From the NCBI GenBank assembly GCA_963742735.1, contig CAVUMN010000004.1:480001-544000 (forward strand): 64,000 nucleotides of DNA, in the 5' to 3' direction. The translations under genes were made by a program, and so were the position numbers. Below are positions 8,185-18,019 of this stretch, piece by piece; position 1 is the stretch's first letter; every line of letters starts with the position of its first letter. The notes below the pieces were generated by a model. It ran no database searches, was not told the origin of the DNA, and saw nothing but the letters and a program-made list of their open reading frames with translations. This DNA comes from an uncultured Actinomycetes bacterium. Its GTDB lineage: Bacteria > Actinomycetota > UBA4738 > JBBDTT01.

Positions 8185-9834
8185 ATGACCGTGCCTGATC
8201 GCTCACCCCGGACGCCGATCCTCCTGCTCGTGCTCGCGGTGCTGGCGCTCGGGCTGCCGACGCCGTTCGCGGGTCCGGCCTCCGCCCATCCCGGACCGCA
8301 CGATCCCTCCATCGGCCAGCTCACGATCGAGGCCGGCGGCGACACCGACTGCGCCAGGAAGGCGCCGGGAAGTACCTGCACCAGGTTCAGCATCCAGAAC
8401 TGTCACGGGGTCGCGACGAAGCTCACCGGCTACTACGCGCGGGCCAATCCCCCGGCCGGTGTGCCCGTGCGCGCCGCGCTGGTGATCTTCTCCGGTGGCT
8501 CGGGCGCCTACTACTGGCAGCAGCAGGCGCCGGACGGCGGGTCCGAGGACCAGCGGATCAACGCCCTGCTGAGCGACCTGCGGGGCGCCGGCTTCGTCAT
8601 CCTGCAGGTGCGGTGGGGGAGCGACTGGCTCGCGGCGGACGCCGGTCAGAACGACGGCCTGCACGTTGCCTGCCGCCCCGCCCGGATCTCCAGGTACCTC
8701 CACGACCACGTGTGGGCGCCCATGGGCGTCGACCACAACGTCGGCGCGTGCGGGTTCTGCCTGATGGGGGTCAGCGGCGGCGCGAGCTCGGTGGCGTGGC
8801 AGCTCACCCACTTCATGGCCGAGTCCTACGTGGACGCGATCTTCCCCAGCGGGGGGCCTCCCCATGCCGCGCTGGCGAAGGGGTGCGTCCCGTCGGGGCC
8901 GGCCGAGGCCCCGTACGACTACCTGGGAGGCTCGAGCGTCAAGCAGATCGACGCGCCCTTCAAGAGCGGGACGGGGCGCCACTGCCGGGACCACGACGCG
9001 CCCTTCCGACCGACGTGGGACGCGAACAGCATCGACACGCCGGAGGCGGGCGGCGACCACGACCACCCGGCCACGCGGGTTCACCTGATCGACGGCGGCG
9101 ATGACCGGCTCCGCACCCACGGGTACGACTGGATGCTCCGCATGTGGGCCGAGCCGAGCCCCTACACGAGCTTCGAGGTCGTCCCCGGAGGCCCCCACTC
9201 GGTGAGCACCTCGGACGAGAGCATGGCCCGGCTGAAGACCGCCCTCCTGCTCACCGACACGAGCCGGATGGTCGCCTGCAACAACGGCCTGGACGACGAC
9301 TGGGACGGGCTGGACGACGAGTCCGACCCGAGCTGCGCGTCGAGCACCGACCCGAGCGAGAAGGGCGCCGAGCTCGCGTGCGACAACGGCCTGGACGACG
9401 ACGCGGACGGGTTCGTCGACTTCCGGACCGAGTTCGGCGACGCCGGGTGCTCGAGCGCGTCGGATGACACCGAGGGCACCGGCGGCGGCGGGAGCGGGCC
9501 TACCATCTCGATCGGCGACGGGTCGGTGACCGAACCGGACGCGGGGGCCACCGCCCCCTGCAGGTTCACGATCACGCTCTCGGCCTCCTCCACCCAGAAC
9601 GTCGCCGTCCAGTTCGCGACGGCGAGCGGGTCGGCGACTGCCGCCTCCGACTACACGTCGAAGATCGTCACCGCGACGTTCACGCCCGGCCAGGTGGCCA
9701 AGATCGTCGGGGTTCAGGTGCTGGGGGACGGGGCCGGCGAGGACGACGAGACGTTCTTCGTGAACCTCTCGAACCCCGTCAACGGCACGATCGGCGACCC
9801 TCAGGGGGTCTGCTCGATCCGTAACGACGACTAG
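8185..9834 (+). CDS. Secreted paralogous alpha/beta-hydrolase with 2 Cys/Asp repeats and C-terminal Calx-beta domain
   Basis: FSGGSG, ACRPA, CGFC, GVSGG, GGPPH, GGDD, GGPH shared with upstream gene; ISIGDGSVTE...SDY...DETFFVNLSNP...IRNDD is a Calx-beta pattern. Confidence 0.82.
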   Translation: MTVPDRSPRTPILLLVLAVLALGLPTPFAGPASAHPGPHDPSIGQLTIEAGGDTDCARKAPGSTCTRFSIQNCHGVATKLTGYYARANPPAGVPVRAALVIFSGGSGAYYWQQQAPDGGSEDQRINALLSDLRGAGFVILQVRWGSDWLAADAGQNDGLHVACRPARISRYLHDHVWAPMGVDHNVGACGFCLMGVSGGASSVAWQLTHFMAESYVDAIFPSGGPPHAALAKGCVPSGPAEAPYDYLGGSSVKQIDAPFKSGTGRHCRDHDAPFRPTWDANSIDTPEAGGDHDHPATRVHLIDGGDDRLRTHGYDWMLRMWAEPSPYTSFEVVPGGPHSVSTSDESMARLKTALLLTDTSRMVACNNGLDDDWDGLDDESDPSCASSTDPSEKGAELACDNGLDDDADGFVDFRTEFGDAGCSSASDDTEGTGGGGSGPTISIGDGSVTEPDAGATAPCRFTITLSASSTQNVAVQFATASGSATAASDYTSKIVTATFTPGQVAKIVGVQVLGDGAGEDDETFFVNLSNPVNGTIGDPQGVCSIRNDD

Positions 9835-11216
9835 GCGGCGCCGGGCGAGGCTCGCAGCCGGCACACGAACCCGAACGCCGGGTCCGCCGGCTGGGCCGGG
9901 GCCCGGTCGAGGACCGGCGCCCGCATCGTGGGCCCGCCCGGGCGCCCGGTGAACCGAAGGATGTCGATCCCGCGCTGGTGGTCGGCTACGAACACGTACC
10001 CGCCGTGCCAGTAGGCCGCCCACGCATTGGTGAGGTCACCCAGCCAGTAGCCGACCTGCCGGAGGTTGCGGGGGTTGGACGCGTCGAGGATGCGGACGCC
10101 CTGGCCGTAGAAGGCGTAGGCGAGCAGGCCGTCGCCGCGGTCCTCGAACCAGTGGGCCGAGTCGCACCCGGTCGAGCCCGGCTGGCCCTCGGGGGTCCAC
10201 GTGTCGAGGACGCGCATCGGGAGGTCCTCGCCACCGGGCTTCCACGCCCGTCCGGAGAACGTGCCCCGCAGGTCGTAGGCGGCGAACCGACCCGAGGTCG
10301 CGCAGTTCGAGGTGATGTTCTCCTCGGTGGCCAGCAGCACCGTCCCTCGCGGAGCGCCCCTCTCGGCTCGGAGGCCCATGTTCCGCCACGCGTTGTGGAT
10401 GAACCGAGAGGGCGTGGCGCGCTCCGGGGAGGCGCCGCCGCCGTAGGGGATCGGGGCGCAGCCGGTGGCGGTGGCCACCTTCCCGGTCCGGGGGTCGCGG
10501 TGCCGGCCGTGGGTCCAGTACCCCCACACGCCGCCTCCGCCGGAGATCCAGGCGATCCCGGCCGGGTCGACCCCGACGTCATGCGAGGACTTGATGCCGG
10601 CGGTCCCGGAGCCGCCCTGGTCGATCGGGCCGCACACCACGGGCGCGGTCGGGTCGGTGAGGTCGGTGGCCCACACGGCGCGGCCGCCGGTTGCCGGAGC
10701 CGAGGGCACCCCACGTGCGAGCCCGGCCGTCCAGATGTAGCGGCACCCCTCGACGCACTCGGCGGTGTGCCCGATCGGCATCGTCACCATGCCGATCTGG
10801 CGCAGGTTCGAGGGGTCGGAGACGTCGATGACGTGCAGGATCCCCAGGGGGACGATCGCGGCAGGGACCGCGTGGGTCGTGAACCCTCGCGAGTCGCGGG
10901 AGAGGAACACGAGCTCCCGCTCGACGTCGACCGTCATGTCCTCGTTCTCCCAGAGGTACATCGGGAGCGCGCCGAGGAGCTCGGGGGCGGCGGGGTCGGA
11001 CACGTCGTAGCTGTAGAGCCCGAGGGTCGTCGAGACGAACATGGTGTCGTCGATGAACCCGATCGCGATCGCCGTCTGCATCTCCGGCAGGTTCGCGACC
11101 AGCTGCAGGTTCGGCGAGGCCGAGCCGGTGTCGAGCTGGGCCTCGGCGAGTCGGGACGGGACCAGCGCGGCGAGGCCGGTCACGAGGGAGAGGGCGACGA
11201 TCCGCAGGCGACGCAT
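9831..11216 (-). CDS. Secreted LVIVD-repeat beta-propeller protein (paralogue 2)
   Basis: Signal peptide; LYSYDVSDP, LHVIDVSDP, VRILDASNP, YVFVADHQRGIDIL. Confidence 0.8.
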   Translation of the reverse strand: MRRLRIVALSLVTGLAALVPSRLAEAQLDTGSASPNLQLVANLPEMQTAIAIGFIDDTMFVSTTLGLYSYDVSDPAAPELLGALPMYLWENEDMTVDVERELVFLSRDSRGFTTHAVPAAIVPLGILHVIDVSDPSNLRQIGMVTMPIGHTAECVEGCRYIWTAGLARGVPSAPATGGRAVWATDLTDPTAPVVCGPIDQGGSGTAGIKSSHDVGVDPAGIAWISGGGGVWGYWTHGRHRDPRTGKVATATGCAPIPYGGGASPERATPSRFIHNAWRNMGLRAERGAPRGTVLLATEENITSNCATSGRFAAYDLRGTFSGRAWKPGGEDLPMRVLDTWTPEGQPGSTGCDSAHWFEDRGDGLLAYAFYGQGVRILDASNPRNLRQVGYWLGDLTNAWAAYWHGGYVFVADHQRGIDILRFTGRPGGPTMRAPVLDRAPAQPADPAFGFVCRLRASPGAA

Positions 11217-11227
11217 CGGCGGAGAGA

Positions 11228-12616
11228 CTAGACGCGGCGGGGGTCGGCCGCCGCGAACAGCCGGCACGTGAACCCGGTGCTCGGGTCCGCGGCCAGCGTC
11301 ATGACGGGATCGAGCGCGGGAGCCCGGACCGCCCTGGCCGCGGGGCCCGGCTTGCCGGTGAACCGCAGGACGTCGATCCCACGGGTGAGATCCGCCACGT
11401 AGACGAGCCCGTCGTGCCAGTAGGCGGCCCACGTGTTCGAATCGGCCGGGCGCCACCATCCGAGCTGGCGGATGTTCCGCGGGTTCGACGCGTCCAGGAA
11501 CCGAACGCCCTGCTCGTAGAACGCGTAGGCGAGCAGCCCGTCGCCCCGGTCGTCGAAGTAGTGGGCCGACGCGCAGGCGGTGGAGCCCTCCTGGCCCTCG
11601 GGCGTCCAGGTGTCCAGGGCCTTCATCCGGAACTTCGTCCGGTCGATGTCCCTCCAGCCCTGGCCCCCGAAGGTGCCGCGCAGGTCGTAGGTGGCGAACC
11701 GGCCGGAGGTCTCGCAGTCCGACGTGATGCTCTCCTCGGTGGCGTACAGAACGGTGCCCTTCGGCGCTCCCCGGGCGGCGCGCATGGTGGTGTTCCGCCA
11801 GGCGTTGTGCATGAACCGCGACGGTGTGGCCGTCTCCGGCGTGCCGCCGCCCCCGAACGGGATCGGCGCGCAGCCGGTGGCGATCTCCACCTTGCCCGTG
11901 AGCGGGTTGCGATGGCGTCCGGCCGTCCAGTAGCCGCGCACGCCTCCGGCGCCGGAAACCCACGCGATCCCACGCGCGTCCACCTGGACGTCGTGCGCGT
12001 AGTCCGTCTCGCCGTCGTTTCGGGCCAGGTCGATGGGCGCGGGGCACACCACCGGATTCGTGGGGTCGGTCAGGTCGGTGGCGAATACGGGCCGCCCGCC
12101 CCACGCCGCCGGGTCGGTCACGGCCGGCGCCGGCCCGGCCGTCCACACGAACCGGCAGCCGTTGATGCAGGTGCTGGTGTGCCCCGCCGGGAGCAGGGTG
12201 AGGCTGACCTGCTCCATCAGCGTGGGGTCGGATACGTCGATGACGTGCAGGGCCCCGTAGGGGAACCCGTTCACGGCGGGCGAGGTGAACCCGCGCGGGT
12301 CGCGGCTGATCAGGATGAGCTCGCGCTCGACGTCGACGTCCATGTCCTCGTTCTCCCAGATGTACATGGGGAGCGCGCCCAGAAGGGCGGGCGCCGACGG
12401 ATCCGAGACGTCGTAGGAGTACAGGCCGTGCGCGGTCGACACGAACATCGTGTCGCCGATGAAGTTGAGCGCGATGGCGCCCTTCATCTCCGGCGCGCCC
12501 CCGATCGACTCCACGTTCGCGGAGCCGTTCGTGGCCTGAGCCCGTGCGGGCTCCGACCGCGGCAGGATCACCAGGGACCCGAGCATCGCGAGGAGGACGA
12601 GCCAACGACGGGGCAT
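11228..12616 (-). CDS. Secreted LVIVD-repeat beta-propeller protein (paralogue 1)
   Basis: Signal peptide; same repeats; long near-identical blocks with the neighbour (LLGALPMYxWENEDM, TSxCxTSGRFAxYDLRGTF, DTWTPEGQ). Confidence 0.82.
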   Translation of the reverse strand: MPRRWLVLLAMLGSLVILPRSEPARAQATNGSANVESIGGAPEMKGAIALNFIGDTMFVSTAHGLYSYDVSDPSAPALLGALPMYIWENEDMDVDVERELILISRDPRGFTSPAVNGFPYGALHVIDVSDPTLMEQVSLTLLPAGHTSTCINGCRFVWTAGPAPAVTDPAAWGGRPVFATDLTDPTNPVVCPAPIDLARNDGETDYAHDVQVDARGIAWVSGAGGVRGYWTAGRHRNPLTGKVEIATGCAPIPFGGGGTPETATPSRFMHNAWRNTTMRAARGAPKGTVLYATEESITSDCETSGRFATYDLRGTFGGQGWRDIDRTKFRMKALDTWTPEGQEGSTACASAHYFDDRGDGLLAYAFYEQGVRFLDASNPRNIRQLGWWRPADSNTWAAYWHDGLVYVADLTRGIDVLRFTGKPGPAARAVRAPALDPVMTLAADPSTGFTCRLFAAADPRRV

Positions 12617-12687
12617 CTCGGAGTACTACGACGCGCGAGTGTCGGTCTCCTTGCCCGCGGCGGCCGGGCGGCCGGGCGGCTGGGCCG

Positions 12688-15051
12688 CTAGGCCGTGCGC
12701 TTGAGCACCAGGACGGCCATGTCGTCCCGGGGCCCGCCCTCGCCGAACTCGAGCACGGCCCGCTCGACGGCCGCGGCGATCCGCTCGGCGGGCTGGTCCA
12801 CCAGGCCCCGGACCAGCTCGGCCAGACGTTCCTCGCCGAACTGCTCGTCCTCGCGTCGGCGCTCGACGATGCCGTCGGTGTAGAAGACGACGACGTCGCC
12901 GGGCTCGAGGTCGGTGATGACCTCCTGCACCTCGGCTCGTTCGAGGACGCCCAGAAGCGTGCCCGGCTCGCCCACGGGCTCGATCGCTCCGCCGGCCCGG
13001 ATCAGGAGCGGGGCCGGGTGGCCGGCGCAGGTCACGGCCAGCCGCGCCCCGCCGGCGGCGGTGTCGAGGTTGGCGTACACGACCGTGCAGAACTTCGATT
13101 CGCCGCGCTCGAGCAGGACGGCGTCGTTCAGCGCGGTGATGACGTCGGCCGACTCCGGCCGCTGGAGGGCGGTCGCCCGGACCGTGTACCGCGTCAGGCC
13201 GGTGAGCACCGCGGCGTCGACCCCCTTGCCGCACACGTCCCCGATCACGATCGACCAGCGGCCCTCTCCCGTCTGGAACAGGTCGTAGAAGTCGCCGCCC
13301 ACGTCGACGCCCTCGGCGGCGGGGTGGTAGCTCGCGGCCACCTGGAACCCCGGGATGACCGGAAGCTCCGGTGGCAGCAGGCTCTGCTGGAGAGTCTCCG
13401 CGATGTGGCTGCGTTCGCGGAACAACCGGGCGTTCTCGACCGCGGTCGCGGCGCGCCGGGCGATGTGGCCGGCGAAGTCCAGGTCGTCCTCGTCGAAGCC
13501 CCGGCCGGGCGTGGAGTTCACCATCGTGAGGGCACCGATGGTCCGGCCCCGCATGATCAGGGGCAGGATCATGAACGAGCGGATCTCGAGGGCCCGCATC
13601 ATTGCCAGGTGCCCGACGTCGATGGCCCCCTCGACCAGGAGCTCGTCCGGGATGTCGTTCAGGATCAGCGGCCCGCCGTTGCGGATGACCTCCGCCGTGG
13701 CGTTCGGCGCGTCGAGCTTGACCGGGTAGCGCCGCCGGAACTCGTAGGCGAGCTCCACCTTCTCCGGGTCGACGTGCGCCACGGCGACGTGCTCGATCTC
13801 GCCGGCGTCGGTGACGACGTCCACCGCGCACCAGTCGGCGAGCTGTGGCACGGCCAGCCGGGCCACGGCCTGGAGGGTGCGCTCGTAGTTCAGCGACCCG
13901 GCGAGCACGGTGCTGGCCTCGGCGAGGAATGCCATCCGCTCGCGCTGCTCCTCGGTCTCCCGGAGCAGGTGCTGCAGCTCGGTGAGCAGGGTGTCCAGCC
14001 GGGCGCGGCCCTCGGCCTCCCGGCGCGCGGCGTCCTCGGACGCCCGATACAGCTGGGCGTTCTCGACCGCGACGGCGGCCCGGCGGGCGATCTCCTCGAC
14101 CAGTGCCAGGTCGTCGTCCCCGTAGCGACGTCCCGACTCCCCAGAGATGAGCGAAAGCGCTCCCAGGGTGCGGCCCTTCGACACCAGCGGGACCACGATG
14201 TGCGACCGCAGGCCGAGCGTCTCCAGGATCCGGCGGTTCTCTGGATCGTGCGCGGCGGTGAGCGGATACGTCCGCTCGGTGATGTGCGACGCGATCTCCG
14301 GCTGACCCGTCGCCAGCACCCGCGTGATGGGGTGCGGCTGGGTCCAGTCCGGCGGGAATCGGCGGCGGAGCTCGCGGATGAGCTCCATGCGCTCGGGATC
14401 CCGGTGGGCCACGGCGAGCTGGCGGATCGTGCCGTCCGGCTCGAGCATGTCGACGATGCACCAGTCGGCCACCGCCGGGACCAGCAGCCCGGTCAGGGTG
14501 GTGAGCGTCGAGTCGACGTCCAGGCTGGAGGACAGCAGCTCGCCGGCCTGCGCCAGGAACCGCAGGGCCTGCTCGGTGCGCCGCCGTTCGGTGACGTCGC
14601 GGAAGATGTTGATCGCGAACCGGACCTGCCCCCGCGCGTCCAGGACGGGGGTGGCGGACACGAGCGACCACCGCTCCTCGCCGACGTCGACGATCCGGTA
14701 GCCGAGCAGGACTCCTTCGACCCGCTCGCCGAGCAGGGCCCGGCGGCCGGGGAGGTCCTCGATCGGGAGGGGCTTGCCGTCCTCGCCGATCACCTCGAAC
14801 CGCTTCATGAGCTCGGGGATAGGCGTGGCCAGGAGCTCCGCGGCGGTCTCGAACCCGATCAGCGTGGCGGCGGCGTCGTTCGCGTAGAGCAGCTTGCCCC
14901 GGGGGTCCTGGACGGTGATGCCGTCGGCGACGCCCGAGAGGATGACCTCGAGCTGCTCGCGGGAAGCGCTCAGCTGCTCCCGGATGTCCTGGGGACTCAG
15001 GCTGGAGACGGCAGCCTCGCCGGGCCGATCCGGGGGCGGGGCGGCCGGCAT
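12688..15051 (-). CDS. PAS-GAF-GAF PP2C/SpoIIE (RsbU-like) phosphatase
   Basis: PAS (ILSGVADGITVQD...FRDVTERRR), two GAFs (ADWC...AVENA), LQQSLLP, VGGDFYD, GDVCGKG, AGHP, YTDG, DDMA. Confidence 0.92.
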   Translation of the reverse strand: MPAAPPPDRPGEAAVSSLSPQDIREQLSASREQLEVILSGVADGITVQDPRGKLLYANDAAATLIGFETAAELLATPIPELMKRFEVIGEDGKPLPIEDLPGRRALLGERVEGVLLGYRIVDVGEERWSLVSATPVLDARGQVRFAINIFRDVTERRRTEQALRFLAQAGELLSSSLDVDSTLTTLTGLLVPAVADWCIVDMLEPDGTIRQLAVAHRDPERMELIRELRRRFPPDWTQPHPITRVLATGQPEIASHITERTYPLTAAHDPENRRILETLGLRSHIVVPLVSKGRTLGALSLISGESGRRYGDDDLALVEEIARRAAVAVENAQLYRASEDAARREAEGRARLDTLLTELQHLLRETEEQRERMAFLAEASTVLAGSLNYERTLQAVARLAVPQLADWCAVDVVTDAGEIEHVAVAHVDPEKVELAYEFRRRYPVKLDAPNATAEVIRNGGPLILNDIPDELLVEGAIDVGHLAMMRALEIRSFMILPLIMRGRTIGALTMVNSTPGRGFDEDDLDFAGHIARRAATAVENARLFRERSHIAETLQQSLLPPELPVIPGFQVAASYHPAAEGVDVGGDFYDLFQTGEGRWSIVIGDVCGKGVDAAVLTGLTRYTVRATALQRPESADVITALNDAVLLERGESKFCTVVYANLDTAAGGARLAVTCAGHPAPLLIRAGGAIEPVGEPGTLLGVLERAEVQEVITDLEPGDVVVFYTDGIVERRREDEQFGEERLAELVRGLVDQPAERIAAAVERAVLEFGEGGPRDDMAVLVLKRTA

Positions 15052-15226
15052 CAGACGGCGTTCGTGGGGCCGGCGAATGGGGCGAAGCGGCTCAGGGACG
15101 TCCTTCCGCGAGGGGAGGCCAGGATACGCACCGCCCCGCCCGGAAGACAAGACGAAACGGCCGTTCCGGCCCCTCGCCATTTGCGGGACGCCCGAAGGGA
15201 GTACGGCGCGGCGGTATCGTCCGCGC

Positions 15227-15673
15227 ATGTCCGACGAGGCGTTCATGGGAGAGGCCCTCGAGGCCGCGAGGGCCTGCCTGGAGTGGGGCGACGTCCCGAT
15301 CGGGGCGGTGGTCACGCGCGACGACCGGGTGCTGGCCGCCGTCGGGAACGAGCGCGAGCGCCGGGGAGACCCGACCGCCCACGCCGAGATTCTCGCGCTG
15401 CGCGCCGCGTCGGAGGCCCTCGGGTCGTGGCGCCTCGAGGGCTGCACGATGTACGTGACGCTCGAGCCCTGCGCGATGTGCGCCGGCGCGCTGGTCCTGG
15501 CTCGTCTGGACCGGCTCGTCTTCGGGGCGGCCGACCCGAAGGCGGGGTTCGCGGGAAGCCTGGGCGACCTGGTGCGCGACCGGCGGCTGAACCACCGGCT
15601 GGAGGTGACCGAGGGGGTGCGCGCCGAGGAGGCCGGCGAGCTCCTCCGAGAGTTCTTCAGGGAGCGCCGCTGA
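15227..15673 (+). CDS. tadA: tRNA adenosine(34) deaminase
   Basis: DVPIGAVV, DPTAHAE, TLEPCAMCAGA, DPKAG, LNH; substrate tRNA-Arg(ACG) is in the window. Confidence 0.95.
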   Translation: MSDEAFMGEALEAARACLEWGDVPIGAVVTRDDRVLAAVGNERERRGDPTAHAEILALRAASEALGSWRLEGCTMYVTLEPCAMCAGALVLARLDRLVFGAADPKAGFAGSLGDLVRDRRLNHRLEVTEGVRAEEAGELLREFFRERR

Positions 15674-15678
15674 TCGCT

Positions 15679-15769
15679 TGGCGGAAGCGGCAGGATTCGA
15701 ACCTGCGAGGGGCGGTTAACCCCTAAACGCTTTCGAGGCGTTCGCCTTCGTCCGCTCGGCCACGCTTCC
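15679..15769 (-). tRNA. tRNA-Ser(CGA)
   Basis: Acceptor GGAAGCG/CGCTTCC, anticodon loop CT CGA AA, long variable arm, CCA; TACAAT -10 upstream (15779-15784). Confidence 0.95.
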
Positions 15770-15795
15770 GGATCTTCAATTGTAGGGATCGCTCC

Positions 15796-15885
15796 TGGCG
15801 GTGGCTCCGGGATTCGAACCCGGGAGAGAGTTGCCCCTCTACACGCTTTCCAGGCGTGCCCCTTAGGCCGCTCGGGCAAGCCACC
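15796..15885 (-). tRNA. tRNA-Ser(GGA)
   Basis: Acceptor GGTGGCT/AGCCACC, anticodon loop CT GGA AA, CCA; TACAAT -10 upstream (15892-15897). Confidence 0.95.
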
Positions 15886-15940
15886 GCAGCGATTGTAGGT
15901 AGCTCCTCGCTTGCCGGCCCGGCTTCGTATACTCGACGGC

Positions 15941-16215
15941 GGTGACCGTGCTAGGCGGGGAGCCAGCGGTGCCCTGAATCCGCAATCCGCTCTAGCGGGG
16001 CCGAAGGCCGCCTTCGGCCCGGATGGTCCGATAGGCCCTTCGTTCGGCTGCGTTGAAGGTCGGGTCCTGCGCGACACCAACTCGCGAACCCCGTCAGGTC
16101 CGGAAGGAAGCAGCGGTAAGCGGGCGCTGGTGGGTGCCGCAGGGTGACCTGGCTGGAGCCGCCGACGGGGGACACCGTCGAGCCGTCCGTGGTCAACGGC
16201 GGATGCACGGTCACC
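15941..16215 (+). ncRNA. ffs: Signal recognition particle RNA, large (Alu-domain) bacterial type
   Basis: Termini pair (GGTGACCGTGC/GCACGGTCACC); helix 8 GTCAGGTCCGGAAGGAAGCAGC; 5' CCGTGCTAGGCGGGGAG..AGCGGTGCCCTG..GCAATCCGCTCTAGC resembles Bacillus scRNA; TATACT -10 at 15928; directly upstream of dnaX. Confidence 0.93.
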
Positions 16216-16257
16216 ACCTTCATCTAGAGTGCGCCTAACCGACCCTTCCCCCCGGGG

Positions 16258-18018
16258 GTGTCCCGTTTGGAGCCACGTCAGCACCGGTCCCTGTACCGGA
16301 AGTACCGCCCGCAGGCGCCGGGCCAGATCATCGGACAGGAGCACGTCGTCCGGGCGCTGGTCGGGGCCGTCGGCGACGGCCGGCTCGCGCAGGCGTACCT
16401 GTTCTGCGGTCCCCGCGGCACCGGCAAGACCTCGACCGCCCGCATCCTGGCCAAGATGGTCAACTGCGAGAAGGGTCCGACCGCCGAGCCGTGCGACGAG
16501 TGCGAGCAGTGCGTCCGTATCCGCGAGGGCACCCACCTCGACGTCATCGAGATCGACGCCGCGTCCCACGGGGGCGTGGAGGACGCCCGGGAGCTCCGCG
16601 AGCGGGCCCCCACCGCCCCCGCGCAGGGCCGCGAGAAGGTCTACATCATCGACGAGGCGCAGCGGCTGTCCCGCGAGGCGTTCGACGCCCTCCTGAAGGT
16701 CTTCGAGGAGCCGCCCCCCGGCGTGCGTTTCGTCCTGGCCACCACCGAGCCCCACAAGATGCCGGCCACGATCGTCGGCCGGTGCCAGAGGTTCGACTTC
16801 CGCCGCGTGACGGGGGAGACCCTCGCCGCGCACCTGGCTACCGTGGCGAAGGAGGAGAAGTTCACGCTTTCGCCGGAGGCGGCGGAGGCCATCGCCCGGC
16901 ACTCCGAGGGCTCGGTCCGCGACGCCCTCTCGCTGCTGGACCAGGCCGCGGTCCTGGCCGGCGGCGTGATCGACGCCGACGCCGTGGCCAGCCTGATCGG
17001 CGGCGCCGACCTAGACGGACGGTTCGAGGTCGCCGACGCGGTGGCGAGCGGGGACGCGAAGGCGGTCTTCGACATCGTCAACCGGCTCATCCAGGAAGGC
17101 CGCGACATCCGCAACGTGACGGCGCAGGCCATCGCCCACTTCCGCGACCTGTACCTGGCGTTGGTCGCGCCGGACCAGTCGGATCTGGTCGACGTGCCGC
17201 CCGAGCACCAGGCCCGCCTGGTCGGCCAGGCAGCGAAATTCACCACCCCGGGCCTGGACCGGATCCTGCAGCTGCTCCTCGAGGCGAACACGAACCTGCG
17301 ATGGACCACCTCGCCGCGGCTGACGCTGGAGCTCGCGCTGGTGAAGGCCGCCGTGCCGGAGACCGACGCGCGGCCGGAGGCGCTGCTGTCTCGCCTGGAG
17401 CGGCTGGAGCGGCTGGCGGGGCTCGGGACTGGGGTTGAGCAGGTGGAAGAGGCAAAACCCGTTGAGCGGGAGTCGGCGGCGGCGCTCCCTCCGCGGGCCA
17501 GTCCCCGCCCAACCCCCGCTCCGGGAGCGTCGCCGCCACACCGTGCGCCCACTCGTACGCCACCCAGGACATCGAAGAAGCCGGAACCCCAACCCACCTC
17601 TGCGGCGCCCGATCCCGCGCCGGCGAGCGTTGCGTCGTCGCCCTCGACGGCTTCCGTGGACTCCGAGATGATTCGGAAGTCGTGGCCTGAGGTGGTCAAG
17701 GCGCTGGATGCGCCTGGGAGCAAGGCCATTCACACGCTGGCGCAGTACGTGCTGACGTCCTCCTATGAGGATGGTGTCTTGGAGCTCGTGTTTCCGTCGG
17801 GGAAGAAGTTCGCGGCGGAGAAGATCGAGGACAAGCAGACGATCCTGCGGGACGTGATCAAGCAGGTGCTGGGGGTGGCGCCGCGGATCCGGTGCATCGT
17901 CCGCGACGGGCCGCCGAACTCCGAGCCCGCGCTCGACGACGAGGAGCCCGTCCCCACCGAGGAGCAGGCCCTGGAGCGCGCCGTGGAGATGCTCGGCGCC
18001 GAGGTGGTCGAGGACTGA
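16258..18018 (+). CDS. dnaX: DNA polymerase III subunit gamma/tau
   Basis: [34 protein letters not shown], Pro-rich linker. Confidence 0.97.
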   Translation: MSRLEPRQHRSLYRKYRPQAPGQIIGQEHVVRALVGAVGDGRLAQAYLFCGPRGTGKTSTARILAKMVNCEKGPTAEPCDECEQCVRIREGTHLDVIEIDAASHGGVEDARELRERAPTAPAQGREKVYIIDEAQRLSREAFDALLKVFEEPPPGVRFVLATTEPHKMPATIVGRCQRFDFRRVTGETLAAHLATVAKEEKFTLSPEAAEAIARHSEGSVRDALSLLDQAAVLAGGVIDADAVASLIGGADLDGRFEVADAVASGDAKAVFDIVNRLIQEGRDIRNVTAQAIAHFRDLYLALVAPDQSDLVDVPPEHQARLVGQAAKFTTPGLDRILQLLLEANTNLRWTTSPRLTLELALVKAAVPETDARPEALLSRLERLERLAGLGTGVEQVEEAKPVERESAAALPPRASPRPTPAPGASPPHRAPTRTPPRTSKKPEPQPTSAAPDPAPASVASSPSTASVDSEMIRKSWPEVVKALDAPGSKAIHTLAQYVLTSSYEDGVLELVFPSGKKFAAEKIEDKQTILRDVIKQVLGVAPRIRCIVRDGPPNSEPALDDEEPVPTEEQALERAVEMLGAEVVED

Positions 18019-18019
18019 G

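Noticed and set aside
17449-17465. Programmed dnaX gamma/tau frameshift at GCAAAACCC
   Set aside because: Not a full slippery heptamer, only four A's, and no immediate -1 stop
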